This document shows, one piece after another, positions 55,610 through 64,000 of a DNA stretch of 64,000 nucleotides. The stretch is from an uncultured delta proteobacterium (GTDB lineage: Bacteria > Myxococcota > Myxococcia > Myxococcales > Myxococcaceae). The notes beneath the pieces are model-generated. The model had not been told where the DNA came from, made no database searches, and saw only the letters and a list, made by a program, of their open reading frames with translations. Both the position numbers and the translations under genes were made by a program. Every line of letters begins with the position of its first letter. Position 1 is the first letter of the stretch. The DNA lies in the NCBI GenBank assembly GCA_963796055.1, contig CAWCKH010000005.1, positions 52,779 through 116,778 on the forward strand, in the 5' to 3' direction.

Positions 55610-58113
55610 GCGGCCTCCATGGCACGCCCAGGTGACGGACCGGTGAACCTGGGCACGACTCGCGCCTTCACCCACTGCACCAACAAGAGATAGGTCGCGG
55701 TGGCGAGCGCGAGGAAGAGGAAGAACGGCCCGGGGAGCGGCTCGAACCCCAGCGGCCCGGCGAGCGGCGTCCAGGGCAGCGCCGCCGCCAGGGCCACCAC
55801 CGCCACGGCGGTGGCGGCGAGCAGCGGGCTCGGGCGGCTCCGGAACGGGTTGCCGGTGGTGCGGATGACGAAGACCACCAGGACCTGCGTCGCCAGCGAC
55901 TCGACGAACCACCCGGTGTGGAACAGCCGCTCGGAGGCGTGAAAGACGCCGAGGAGTATCCAGAAGGTCAGGAAGTCGTAGAGCGAGCTCACCGGCCCGA
56001 CCACCAGCATGAACCGGCGGACCGCGCGGATGTCCCAGTGCTGGGGCCGAGCGAGGGACGCGGCGTCGACCCGGTCACTGGGGATGGTTACCTGCGCCAG
56101 GTCGTAGAGGAAGTTGTTGAGGAGGATCTGGGTGGGGAGCATCGGCAGGAACGGGAGGAAGAGCGAGGCCACGGCCATGCTCAGCATGTTCCCGAAGTTC
56201 GAGCTGGTCCCCATGAGGAGGTACTTCATGACGTTTCCGAAGGACTTCCGGCCCTCGACGATGCCGGTGTGGAGCACGCCCAGGCTGCGTTCGAGCAGCA
56301 CGATGTCCGCCGCGTCGCGCGCCACGTCCACCGCGGTGGCCACCGAGATACCCACGTCGGCGGTGTGGAGCGACGGAGCGTCGTTGATGCCATCGCCGAG
56401 GAAGCCCACCACGTGTCCGCGCCGGCGCAGCGCCTGGAGGATGCGAGTCTTCTGCTGAGGCGAGACCCGGGCGAAGACCGCGTGCCGCTCGGCCACCAGC
56501 CCCAGCGCTGGGTCGGTCAGCCGGTCGAGGTCGTCGCCCAGCACCACGCGCTTTCCCCCGATGCCCACGGCCTCGCAAACGTGACGGACCACCAGCGCGT
56601 CGTCGCCGGAGAGGATCTTCACCGCCACGCCATCCCGCCGGAGCGCTCGCACGGTCTTGGCCGCGTCGGCGAGCGGTGGATCGAGGAAGGCGATGAACCC
56701 GGCGAGGCAGAGGTCGCGTTCGGACTCGAGACCGCAGGGCTCGTCCGGGCCCAGGGAACGCGAGGCCACGGCGAGGACCCGCAGACCCTGCCCCGCCAGG
56801 GCGCGCTCGGTCTGCTGGCAGCGGGCACGCGCCGCGCCGTCCAGTCGCTGGACAGCGCCGGCGCTCTCCCACTCCGTGCAGGCTGCGAGCACGTTCTCCG
56901 GGGCGCCCTTGCAGACCAGTACCGGCGTTCCGGCGCGCGCCGCGGCCACGCTCATCCGGCGGCGCTCGAAGTCGAACGGCACCTCGTCGAGCCGCTGCCA
57001 GTCCTCGGCTGTCCCGTCCGCCGCGGCGAGGATGGCATCCTCGAGCGGGTTTCTCAGCCCGGTCTGTAGCGCGCTGCTCACCCTGGCGAGGGCGAGCGCG
57101 CGGGGGGCCGGGGTCCCGGCCCCATCCACCGAGCGCTCGAGCTCCATGCGCCCCCGGGTGAGCGTGCCGGTCTTGTCACTGCAGAGGACGTCGATGCTCC
57201 CGAGGTTCTGGATGGACGGGAGGTGCTTCACGATGACCTTGGCCCGGGCCATCCGCACCGCGCCCTGGGCGAGGGTCACGGTGGTGATCATCGGAAGAAA
57301 CTCGGGGGTGAGCCCGACCGCGAGCGCCACCGCGAAGAGCAGCGACTCGAGCGGCGGGCGGTGCTTGGCGACGCTCACCACCCCGATGAAGAGCACCAGG
57401 AACAGGATGGTCCGGGTGATGAAGAGGCTGAAGTCGCGGATGCCGTGCTCGAACGCGTTCTGGGGCGGACGCTCGGCGAGGCGTGCGGCAATGGCCCCGA
57501 GCTGGGTGTGGCCACCGGTGTGCTCGACCACTGCCTCGGCGGTGCCGCTGGCGACCGACGTTCCGGCGTAGACGTGACCCGCCGAGACCCCGCTGCCCTC
57601 GGGCGCGGCGCCGACCTCCTTCTCCACCGGCAGCGACTCACCGGTGAGCGCCGACTCGACGACGTGCAGGGCCCGAGCGGTGAGGAGGCGCGCATCAGCC
57701 GGTACCAGGTCCCCGGCGGACAGACGGATGGTGTCGCCGGGAACGAGCTCGCGCCGCGGGAGCTCCGTCCACCGGCCGTCGCGCAGCACGGTGGCGGTGG
57801 GCGCCACCTGTGACCGGAGGCGCTCCACCGCCTTCGCCGAGCGGAATGACTGGACGAAGTCGATCGCCGCGCTGAGGACCACCATCGCCACGACGATGAC
57901 CGCGTTGACCCGCTCTCCCAGCACCGCCGAGGCCACCGCAGCCACCAGGAGGATGCCGAGCAGCGGGTTGGAGACGCTGGCCAGCAGCTGCCGGAACCGC
58001 GAGGCGCGGGTGTGCGCCGCGACCTCGTTCGGGCCCTCGCGGGTAAGCCGCGCCTCCGCCTCGCCCGTGCTCAGTCCGGCGCCGGCGGGATCCTCCGTGC
58101 TCCTAGGTTCCAC
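55606..58113 (-). CDS. mgtA: magnesium-translocating P-type ATPase (MgtA type)
   Basis: 835 aa. TPEFLPMITTVTLAQGAVRMARAKVIVKHLPSIQNLGSIDVLCSDKTGTLT, GDGINDAPSL, and the MgtA-typical LLNNFLYDLAQVTIPSDRVD. Confidence 0.9.
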   Translation of the reverse strand: MEPRSTEDPAGAGLSTGEAEARLTREGPNEVAAHTRASRFRQLLASVSNPLLGILLVAAVASAVLGERVNAVIVVAMVVLSAAIDFVQSFRSAKAVERLRSQVAPTATVLRDGRWTELPRRELVPGDTIRLSAGDLVPADARLLTARALHVVESALTGESLPVEKEVGAAPEGSGVSAGHVYAGTSVASGTAEAVVEHTGGHTQLGAIAARLAERPPQNAFEHGIRDFSLFITRTILFLVLFIGVVSVAKHRPPLESLLFAVALAVGLTPEFLPMITTVTLAQGAVRMARAKVIVKHLPSIQNLGSIDVLCSDKTGTLTRGRMELERSVDGAGTPAPRALALARVSSALQTGLRNPLEDAILAAADGTAEDWQRLDEVPFDFERRRMSVAAARAGTPVLVCKGAPENVLAACTEWESAGAVQRLDGAARARCQQTERALAGQGLRVLAVASRSLGPDEPCGLESERDLCLAGFIAFLDPPLADAAKTVRALRRDGVAVKILSGDDALVVRHVCEAVGIGGKRVVLGDDLDRLTDPALGLVAERHAVFARVSPQQKTRILQALRRRGHVVGFLGDGINDAPSLHTADVGISVATAVDVARDAADIVLLERSLGVLHTGIVEGRKSFGNVMKYLLMGTSSNFGNMLSMAVASLFLPFLPMLPTQILLNNFLYDLAQVTIPSDRVDAASLARPQHWDIRAVRRFMLVVGPVSSLYDFLTFWILLGVFHASERLFHTGWFVESLATQVLVVFVIRTTGNPFRSRPSPLLAATAVAVVALAAALPWTPLAGPLGFEPLPGPFFLFLALATATYLLLVQWVKARVVPRFTGPSPGRAMEAA

Positions 58114-58229
58114 GCTCGTCCGTGCCTCTTGGCATGGGCGGAGCGTCTGGTCACGTGACGTTGCTGTGGTCCGAAGGGCCTAGGCCGGATCACTGGCGCG
58201 GTGGAAACCGGGCGGATCGCGGCTGCCCG

Positions 58230-59117
58230 TCAGCGCCGCCCCGGGGCGGCGGGAGCGACCTCGATCGCCCGGGTGAGCATCGGGTTGGGAACCCCGCGCA
58301 GCCATGCGGCGTGCACCGGCAGCTCGGAGCCGGGCAGGCGCAGCCGGATGGCTCGGACCCCGGCACGGCGCGGGCCGTCGGGGTGCATCGCCGGGACGAC
58401 GGAAAAGCCGAGCCCGGCGGCGACGAACCCGAGCAGGGACGCGGTGGAGTCCGCGGCGAAGCGCTCCTTCGCCGAACCCCCCAGCGCCTCCACCGCGCGC
58501 CGCTGCAGCGCACGGCTTGCGGGGTCCGCTCCGAAGGTGAGGAACGGGAGCTCGGCCAGCCGGCGCGGGTCGAGCCTGTGCTTCTGCGCGGCCGGATGGG
58601 AGCTGGGGAGCACCAGGAAGCCCCAGAGCGTCCCGATCGCCCGCACCTCCACGTCAGCGGGAATCTGAGGAAGGTGGTCCACCAGCAGATCCAGCTCCCC
58701 GGAGCGGAGGAGCGAGACGTCCGGAGCGCGGAGCTCGGTGAGGGTGACGTCGATCTCCGGATGTCGGCGGTGGAGCGCGCGCAGCCAGCCCGGAAGGAGC
58801 TCCTGGACCAGGAGCGCCGCTGCCCCGATGCGGAGCGTCCCGCCGAAGCTGCCCGCCCGCAGCGCCTCGGCCGTGACCCGGAGCGCTTCCAGGAAAGGCG
58901 CGACCACCGCGTAGAGCGCCTGGCCGTGCGGGGTGAGCGTCATCCGGTCCTTGGCCACCCGGCGGAGGAGCCGCACCCCGAGCTCGGCCTCCAGGCGTCT
59001 GACCTGCTGGTGCACTCCGGGCTCGGTGATGGGGTACGGGAAGGAGCGGACCGCCCGCGCGTACCCCCCGGTGCGCGCCACCCAGTAGAAGCCGGTCAGG
59101 CGGTCGAGCGAGTTCAT
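58230..59117 (-). CDS. LysR-family transcriptional regulator
   Basis: 295 aa. N-terminal HTH (LTGFYWVARTGGYARAVRSFPYPITEPGVHQQVRRLEAELGVRLL). Confidence 0.88.
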   Translation of the reverse strand: MNSLDRLTGFYWVARTGGYARAVRSFPYPITEPGVHQQVRRLEAELGVRLLRRVAKDRMTLTPHGQALYAVVAPFLEALRVTAEALRAGSFGGTLRIGAAALLVQELLPGWLRALHRRHPEIDVTLTELRAPDVSLLRSGELDLLVDHLPQIPADVEVRAIGTLWGFLVLPSSHPAAQKHRLDPRRLAELPFLTFGADPASRALQRRAVEALGGSAKERFAADSTASLLGFVAAGLGFSVVPAMHPDGPRRAGVRAIRLRLPGSELPVHAAWLRGVPNPMLTRAIEVAPAAPGRR

Positions 59118-59228
59118 TCACTTCAATTTATCAAAGAATGGCTCCTTAGTTCCTGGACCGAAAGGAGCCTCCCGGACCAGCCTGGCGCTGCATGGGCGGT
59201 TCCCGCCCTGCACTCACAAGGAGGACCG

Positions 59229-59486
59229 ATGATGTCATCCGAACCCGCCCGCAACCTGGTGCATGGGCTGCTGCTCGCCGTCTGGGCGGCGGTGGGGCTC
59301 CTGGTCACGCTGAGCGCCCTGGCCCACCCCGCCGCGCTGGTCGGATCCGGAGGCTTCTGGCTCTGGTTCGTGGGCTTCGCGCTGCTGGTCCATGGCGGCC
59401 TCCCCCTCGCGCTGGCCCTCGTGCCCCGCGTCTTCCCGCTCTCGCTGCTCCGGGTGGCGGGCCTCGACGTCCTGGGGAGAGCCTAG
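59229..59486 (+). CDS. small hydrophobic membrane protein
   Basis: 85 aa from ATG 59229 (AAGGAGGA RBS) with about 3 hydrophobic helices. The 454-aa ORF-track entry is an upstream read-through. Confidence 0.55.
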   Translation: MMSSEPARNLVHGLLLAVWAAVGLLVTLSALAHPAALVGSGGFWLWFVGFALLVHGGLPLALALVPRVFPLSLLRVAGLDVLGRA

Positions 59487-59488
59487 CC

Positions 59489-59782
59489 ATGCGCAACTCG
59501 CCCGAGCTCCCTCCGACACACAGCGCCGCCTGGGTCGTGCAGTCCTGGCTCTCGTTCGCCATCTCGGTGACCGCCACCGCTCTCGGCATCTACTGCCTGC
59601 CCGACGGCGGGTGGGTGAAGGGCTTCCTGGCCATGGGCCTGCTCTTCACCGTGGGCTCCTCGCTCAGCCTGGCGAAGACGGTGCGGGACCTCCACGACGC
59701 CACCCGCCTCACCGCGCGCATCGACGAGGCGCGGGTCACCAAGCTCATCGCCGAGCACGACCCGCTCAAGCCGGCCATCTGA
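59489..59782 (+). CDS. YiaA/YiaB-family inner membrane protein
   Basis: 97 aa. Two-helix YiaAB pattern (WVVQSWLSFAISVTATALGIYCLP ... KGFLAMGLLFTVGSSLSLAKTVRD). Confidence 0.7.
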   Translation: MRNSPELPPTHSAAWVVQSWLSFAISVTATALGIYCLPDGGWVKGFLAMGLLFTVGSSLSLAKTVRDLHDATRLTARIDEARVTKLIAEHDPLKPAI

Positions 59783-59912
59783 GGCCGGGGCGCGCGGCAC
59801 CCTGGGAGCGCGTGGACCCCACACGCACCTCTACCCGCGCGAATCGGGTGACGGAACGTCTCCGGCGGCGGCAACTGTCAGCGTACGCTCGTCGGAACGC
59901 TCGAGAGGTCTC

Positions 59913-60785
59913 ATGCGCCGTCTGCTGTCGTCGCTGCTGCTGCTCACCGTCGCCTGCGCGCTGGGGGACTACTCCGGCGGCACGGGCAATCTGAACAACG
60001 GGCCCGATGGGGGCTCGAACGGCGGTGGCGGCGTCGTGCCGGGTGACCTGCCGTGCGACGTGGCGACCTTGCTCTCCGCCCATTGCACCAGCTGCCACGG
60101 CACGCCGCCCAGTGGCAACGCGCCGATGCCGCTCGACAGCCACGCGGCCCTCACCGCCCTCTCCAGCACGTTCGCCGGGCAGTCCGAGGCCCAGCGGTCG
60201 CTGGTCCGGATGGAGGACTCGGCCTCGCCGATGCCGCCCGGAACCGGGGTGACCGTCCCCGCCGCGGACATCGCCGCGTTCGCCAGCTGGGTCGACGCCG
60301 GCACGCCCACCGGAAGCTGCGCGCCGGCGCAGGACCCGGTGTTCAGCGCGCCCCCCAAGTGCAGCAGCAACAGCTACTGGACCAACGGAGACGAGGGCAG
60401 CTCCCAGATGCACCCCGGCGTGGCCTGCATCGCTTGTCACGCCAGGAGCGGCGATGCCCCGAACTTCGCCATCGCCGGCACCGTCTACCCGACCGGGCAC
60501 GAGTTCGACGACTGCAAGGGAACCGCTGCGGCGGGAGCCAGCGTCACGGTCACCGACAAGAACGGCGTGTCGCGCAGCTTCGGGGTCAACTCGGTAGGAA
60601 ACTTCTACGGCAACCCGGGTGGGGGCTGGCCGGCATTCCCGATCACCGCCACGGTGAGCTTCAACGGGAAGACCCGGAGCATGGCCACCGCGGTCCCCTC
60701 CGGGGATTGCAACACCTGCCATACCCAGAGCGGCACCGCGGTGGGTGGAATCCCCGCGCCGCCGGGGCGCGTTGCGCTACCCTGA
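59913..60785 (+). CDS. exported (possibly lipoprotein) c-type cytochrome with three CxxCH motifs
   Basis: 290 aa. Signal peptide with a possible lipobox (LLLLTVAC), a Gly/Asn-rich linker, and CTSCH, CIACH and CNTCH motifs. Confidence 0.75.
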   Translation: MRRLLSSLLLLTVACALGDYSGGTGNLNNGPDGGSNGGGGVVPGDLPCDVATLLSAHCTSCHGTPPSGNAPMPLDSHAALTALSSTFAGQSEAQRSLVRMEDSASPMPPGTGVTVPAADIAAFASWVDAGTPTGSCAPAQDPVFSAPPKCSSNSYWTNGDEGSSQMHPGVACIACHARSGDAPNFAIAGTVYPTGHEFDDCKGTAAAGASVTVTDKNGVSRSFGVNSVGNFYGNPGGGWPAFPITATVSFNGKTRSMATAVPSGDCNTCHTQSGTAVGGIPAPPGRVALP

Positions 60786-61236
60786 GCCCGCCTTGAGACG
60801 CGTCCTCCTCGCCACCACGGTGCTCGCCGGTGGGCTGGCGCACGCCTCGTCCACCTTCCCGGAGGAGATCCGGGCCCACCTCGCACTGTCGTACACCCCG
60901 GACTGCTCGCTCTGTCACGCCAACGGGCAGACCGGCTTCGGGACGGTGACCACGCCCTTCGGGACGTCGATGCGCTCCCGCGGACTGGTGGCGCAGAACC
61001 TCGCCAGCCTCGACACCGCGCTGGACGCGCTGGCGGCGGAGAACAAGGACAGCGATGGTGACGGGGTCGGAGACACCGACGAGCTGAAGGCCGGAAGCGA
61101 CCCGAACGTGGCGGGGGGAGGCAGCTTTCCGCCGCCGACGTACGGCTGCTTCGATGTGAGCGGGCAGCTCTCCTCGCCGCTGGCGCTGCTTCCCCTCGCG
61201 CTGGCCTGGCTGGCGCTCCGCATGCGCCGGGCCTGA
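60745..61236 (+). CDS. exported protein with one CxxCH motif, a thrombospondin-type-3-like Asp-rich Ca-binding motif and a MYXO-CTERM-like tail
   Basis: CSLCH; DSDGDGVGDTDE; C-terminus YGCFDVSGQLSSPLALLPLALAWLALRMRRA. The likely true start is TTG 60793 (LRRVLLATTVLAGGLAHA signal peptide) rather than ATG 60745, which overlaps the upstream gene by 41 nt. Confidence 0.65.
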   Translation: MESPRRRGALRYPEPALRRVLLATTVLAGGLAHASSTFPEEIRAHLALSYTPDCSLCHANGQTGFGTVTTPFGTSMRSRGLVAQNLASLDTALDALAAENKDSDGDGVGDTDELKAGSDPNVAGGGSFPPPTYGCFDVSGQLSSPLALLPLALAWLALRMRRA

Positions 61237-61342
61237 CCGACGCGGGCGGCCCGGCACGACGCACGGGCGAACGAGCGCCCTCCCCGACCGAGATTGCCCG
61301 AGGACGCACGGTCGCCCGTCTCCTGTCGCTTCGCTCCGACGG

Positions 61343-61507
61343 CTAGACCGTTCGTCCTCGCCCGAAGATGAGCGACAGCACGGCCAGGATGAGGAAGAGG
61401 AAGAACAGAACCTTGGCGATGCCAGCGGCGCCGGCTGCGATGCCGCCGAAGCCGAAGACCGCGGCGATGATCGCGATCACGAAGAAGACAGCAGCCCAGT
61501 ACAGCAT
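61343..61507 (-). CDS. DUF1328/UPF0391-family small membrane protein
   Basis: 54 aa translated by hand: [54 protein letters not shown]. It is below the ORF-track length cut-off. Confidence 0.7.
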   Translation of the reverse strand: MLYWAAVFFVIAIIAAVFGFGGIAAGAAGIAKVLFFLFLILAVLSLIFGRGRTV

Positions 61508-61618
61508 CCGTGTGACCCCCTGCTGGAGTTGAACGGGTGCAAGCTGGGCCGCTCGGAACCGCAGCGGAAGTGGCGTTGTTCAGCCGGGAACGAAGTGCGC
61601 CGCGCACGCGGCATGCCA

Positions 61619-62785
61619 TCACCGTCCGGCCGCGGGGCCTCCGCCCTGGGGAGCGAGCGGCTGCACCGGGTCGCCGTCGGAGAGCTCGGCGCTCGGGTTG
61701 AGCACCACCCGCTCCCCTCCCTTCAGCCCGGTGAGGATCTGGACGCGGCGGCCGTCGTCGTCGCCGGGCTGGATGCGGACCAGCTTCACCCGGTTTCCCG
61801 CTTCGAGCTGCGCGACGTAGAGCGCATCCCCCCGCCACGCCAGGGCCTCCCCGGGGACCACCGGCGTGCGCCGGCCCGGGAACCGAATCTTCACGTTGAC
61901 GTAGCTGCCGGGGTAGAGGCGCACCGGCTCGTTGGGGATGTCCATCTCCACCAGCATGGTGCGGGTGCGCGCATCGATGCCCTGCGAGGTGCGAGTCACC
62001 TTGGCCTCGATGGGATGCGACGGATCGTCCGGAAGGGCGATGGCCACCGGAGCGCCGGGGCGGATTTCCGCCGCATCGTCCTGGCCGACGTAGACCTGCA
62101 CCCGCATGGTGCGCATGTCGGCCACCTCGAACAGCGGCTGGACCGACTGGTTCGACGAGGTCCCCGCAGCCACCAGCGCTCCGGGGTCCACATACCGGGC
62201 GGTGACCACCCCGTCGAAGGGCGCGCGGAGCTGCTCGTAGGACTGAGTCGCCAGCAAGCTCTGCAGCGTCGCCCGGGCGACGGCGAGGGCACCCTCGGCG
62301 GTGTCCAGGTCCTGCTGGGCGATGAAGCCCTGCGGCCGGAGCTTGCGGGCCCGGTCCGCCTGTACCTGCTTCACCTGGAGGTCCGCCCGGGCCCCGAGGA
62401 CGGCCTGATCCGTCTCCGGCGACTCCAGGCGAGCGAGCAGTTCGCCCTTCTTCACCGGGGTCCCCTTGTCGACCTTCACCTCGCGCACGTACCCCGCCAC
62501 CTTCGAGTACAGGGTGGACTGGTTCCAGGCCCGCACCTCGCCGGGCAGGCTCAAGGTCCGGTCGGCGGCGGAGAGCTCCACGTCGGCGACCCGGACCGCC
62601 GGGCCGCGGTCGAGCACGGTCGCCCGCTGCGCGCGCTCGCGGGCGTCGGCGTTCCGCCGAGTCAACGCCAGCGCCCCCACCCCCAGCAGCGCGAGCAGCA
62701 CCAGCACGATGGTCCCGATGGTCAGTGCCCTGGGCCGGGCTGGCGCCTGTGGCTCGGTCTTCGCCATCTCGTGCAGCTCGGTCAT
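61619..62785 (-). CDS. RND efflux periplasmic adaptor (membrane fusion protein)
   Basis: 388 aa. N-terminal TM anchor and HlyD/MFP lipoyl and hairpin motifs (YSKVAGYVREVKVDKGTPVKKGELLARLESPE ... LRAPFDGVVTARYVDPG). The start overlaps the upstream permease stop (ATGA). Confidence 0.88.
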   Translation of the reverse strand: MTELHEMAKTEPQAPARPRALTIGTIVLVLLALLGVGALALTRRNADARERAQRATVLDRGPAVRVADVELSAADRTLSLPGEVRAWNQSTLYSKVAGYVREVKVDKGTPVKKGELLARLESPETDQAVLGARADLQVKQVQADRARKLRPQGFIAQQDLDTAEGALAVARATLQSLLATQSYEQLRAPFDGVVTARYVDPGALVAAGTSSNQSVQPLFEVADMRTMRVQVYVGQDDAAEIRPGAPVAIALPDDPSHPIEAKVTRTSQGIDARTRTMLVEMDIPNEPVRLYPGSYVNVKIRFPGRRTPVVPGEALAWRGDALYVAQLEAGNRVKLVRIQPGDDDGRRVQILTGLKGGERVVLNPSAELSDGDPVQPLAPQGGGPAAGR

Positions 62786-64000
62786 GCGAGCGCTCCCGGG
62801 TGTGCGCCCTGGCTCTCCTCCAAGAAGCGCTCGTCCAGCCGGTGCGCGCGGGGCTCCTTGCGGCGGAGCACCGAGTAGATCACCGGGACGATGAACAGGG
62901 TCACGAAGGTGGCCACCAGCAGGCCGCCGATGACCGCGCGACCGAGCGGAGCGTTCTGCTCGCCGCCCTCCCCGAGCGCAAGGGCCATCGGCAGCATCCC
63001 CAGCACCATCGCCAGCGCGGTCATCAGCACCGGGCGGAGCCGGATCTTGCCCGCCTCCAGCGCGGCCTCGAGCGGTCCGAGCTGCCGCTGGCTCCGGACC
63101 TCGTTGGCATAGGACACCAGGAGGATGCTGTTGGAGACCGCGATGCCCACCGCCATGATCGCGCCCATGAAGGACTCGACGTTGAGCGTGGTCCCGGTGA
63201 CCCCCAGCATCCAGAGGATGCCCACCAGTGCGCCCGGCACGGCACCGAGGATGATGAACGGGTCCAGCCAGGACTGAAAGAGCACCACCATCAGCAGATA
63301 GACCAGCACCACCGCCAGGATGAGTCCCAGCCCGAGCGCGCTGAACGAGGTGCGCATGCTCTCGATCTGGCCGCGCACGGAGACCTTCATCCCCTTGGGA
63401 AGCTCGTGGAGCGAGTCGATGGCCTTCTGGATCTCCGCCGCCACCGACCCGAGATCGCGCCCCTCCGCCGCGGCCTGTACGTTGATCACCCGCTGGATGG
63501 TGGAGTGGTTGACCGAGGCGAGGGTCTTCCCCGGCGAGAGCTGAGCGAAGCTTCCGAGGTAGAGGCTGCCCGGGGACGAGGCGGCGTCGGTGAGTCCGCG
63601 GGTCAGCGTCTGGCGGAGCGGCTGGGAGCCGGCGACGGTGAGGGGAGTGGCGAGGAGGTCTCCGGTGCTCCGCATCAGCGGGAGCGGCGTCTGGACCGCG
63701 ACGATGTAGTTCACGTTGTTCTGGGGGCTGAGCCAGAAGTTGGGGTTCACCAGGGAGCTGCTGCTCAGGGAGATGAGGAGGTTGTTCGCCACCTCGCGCT
63801 GCGAGAGCCCGACCTGCGCCGCACGCAGCCGATCGACGTCCAGGTTCAGTGCCGGGTAGTCGAGCACCTGGGGAATGCGCACGTCGACGATGCCCGGGAT
63901 GCGCCGCAAGCGCGCCGCGAGCTGCCGGCCGACGGTGAAACCCTTTTGCAGATCGTTGGACTCGATCACCACGTCGATCGGTGCGGGCAGCCCGAAGTTC
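62782..64000 (-). CDS. RND efflux permease (AcrB/HAE family), C-terminal part; the gene continues beyond the window
   Basis: The open frame runs to the window edge. Typical C-terminal TM bundle (LILAVVLVYLLMVVLFQSWLDPFIILGAVPGALVG ... RLRPVLMTALAMVLGMLPMAL). Confidence 0.88.
   Translation of the reverse strand, partial: NFGLPAPIDVVIESNDLQKGFTVGRQLAARLRRIPGIVDVRIPQVLDYPALNLDVDRLRAAQVGLSQREVANNLLISLSSSSLVNPNFWLSPQNNVNYIVAVQTPLPLMRSTGDLLATPLTVAGSQPLRQTLTRGLTDAASSPGSLYLGSFAQLSPGKTLASVNHSTIQRVINVQAAAEGRDLGSVAAEIQKAIDSLHELPKGMKVSVRGQIESMRTSFSALGLGLILAVVLVYLLMVVLFQSWLDPFIILGAVPGALVGILWMLGVTGTTLNVESFMGAIMAVGIAVSNSILLVSYANEVRSQRQLGPLEAALEAGKIRLRPVLMTALAMVLGMLPMALALGEGGEQNAPLGRAVIGGLLVATFVTLFIVPVIYSVLRRKEPRAHRLDERFLEESQGAHPGALA

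Noticed and set aside
53771-55912. 713-aa version of the pyruvate-kinase-like ORF
   Set aside because: The first roughly 100 residues are an off-frame reading of the 3' end of mgtA. ATG 55609, which overlaps the mgtA stop, gives a coherent N-terminus.
58114-58229. M-box (Mg2+) riboswitch upstream of mgtA
   Set aside because: Only about 116 nt separate the mgtA start from the LysR stop, which is shorter than an M-box aptamer plus expression platform. I could not find the conserved M-box helices by eye.
59170-59185. Sigma-54-like element TGGCGCTGCATGGGCG upstream of the small membrane-protein genes
   Set aside because: GG and GC are correctly spaced, but the -12 region (GGGC) lacks the TTGC core. 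It is too weak to report.

Overview
This is a gene-dense window of more than 70% GC (judged by eye) that looks like chromosome from a myxobacterium, possibly Anaeromyxobacter-like. The taxonomic guess rests on two MYXO-CTERM-type C-terminal tails, sigma-54/NtrC-type signalling genes and extracytoplasmic multihaem cytochromes. I call about 58 protein-coding genes, 2 tRNAs (Val-TAC, Asp-GTC) and several regulatory or repeat elements. Many long entries in the ORF track are wrong-frame, antisense or read-through artefacts typical of high-GC DNA, so I re-set a number of starts by reading the sequence.

Housekeeping content:
- recN, nadK, rarA, hemE, trmO
- fadI-fadJ beta-oxidation genes
- an mgtA-type P-type ATPase
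- a peroxiredoxin
- the end of an RND efflux operon

Accessory or unusual content:
1. A 3.1-kb islet inserted at tRNA-Asp, bounded by perfect 43-bp direct repeats. It has no integrase. It carries an IS91-type HUH/Y2 transposase, an excisionase-like HTH ORF, and a roughly 620-bp low-GC insert encoding an orphan secreted protein. That insert truncates a second excisionase-like gene.
2. A 990-aa secreted fusion of a glucose/sorbosone-dehydrogenase-like propeller, a (PDAGx)n linker, five CxxCH haem motifs and a MYXO-CTERM tail.
3. An operon of nadK, a polyprenyl-phosphate GT2 and two large polytopic membrane proteins, joined by 1-nt and ATGA overlaps and facing a third such protein.
4. A roughly 780-bp non-coding region with 23-bp perfect direct repeats, a G10 tract and a sigma-54-like -24/-12 element.
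5. A KimA-like transporter with no in-frame ATG and a structured leader.
6. Four reading frames disrupted by indels. Two could be repaired by a single-base change in a homopolymer. Two look like true deletions.

All functional calls come from motif recognition by eye. No database search was run.
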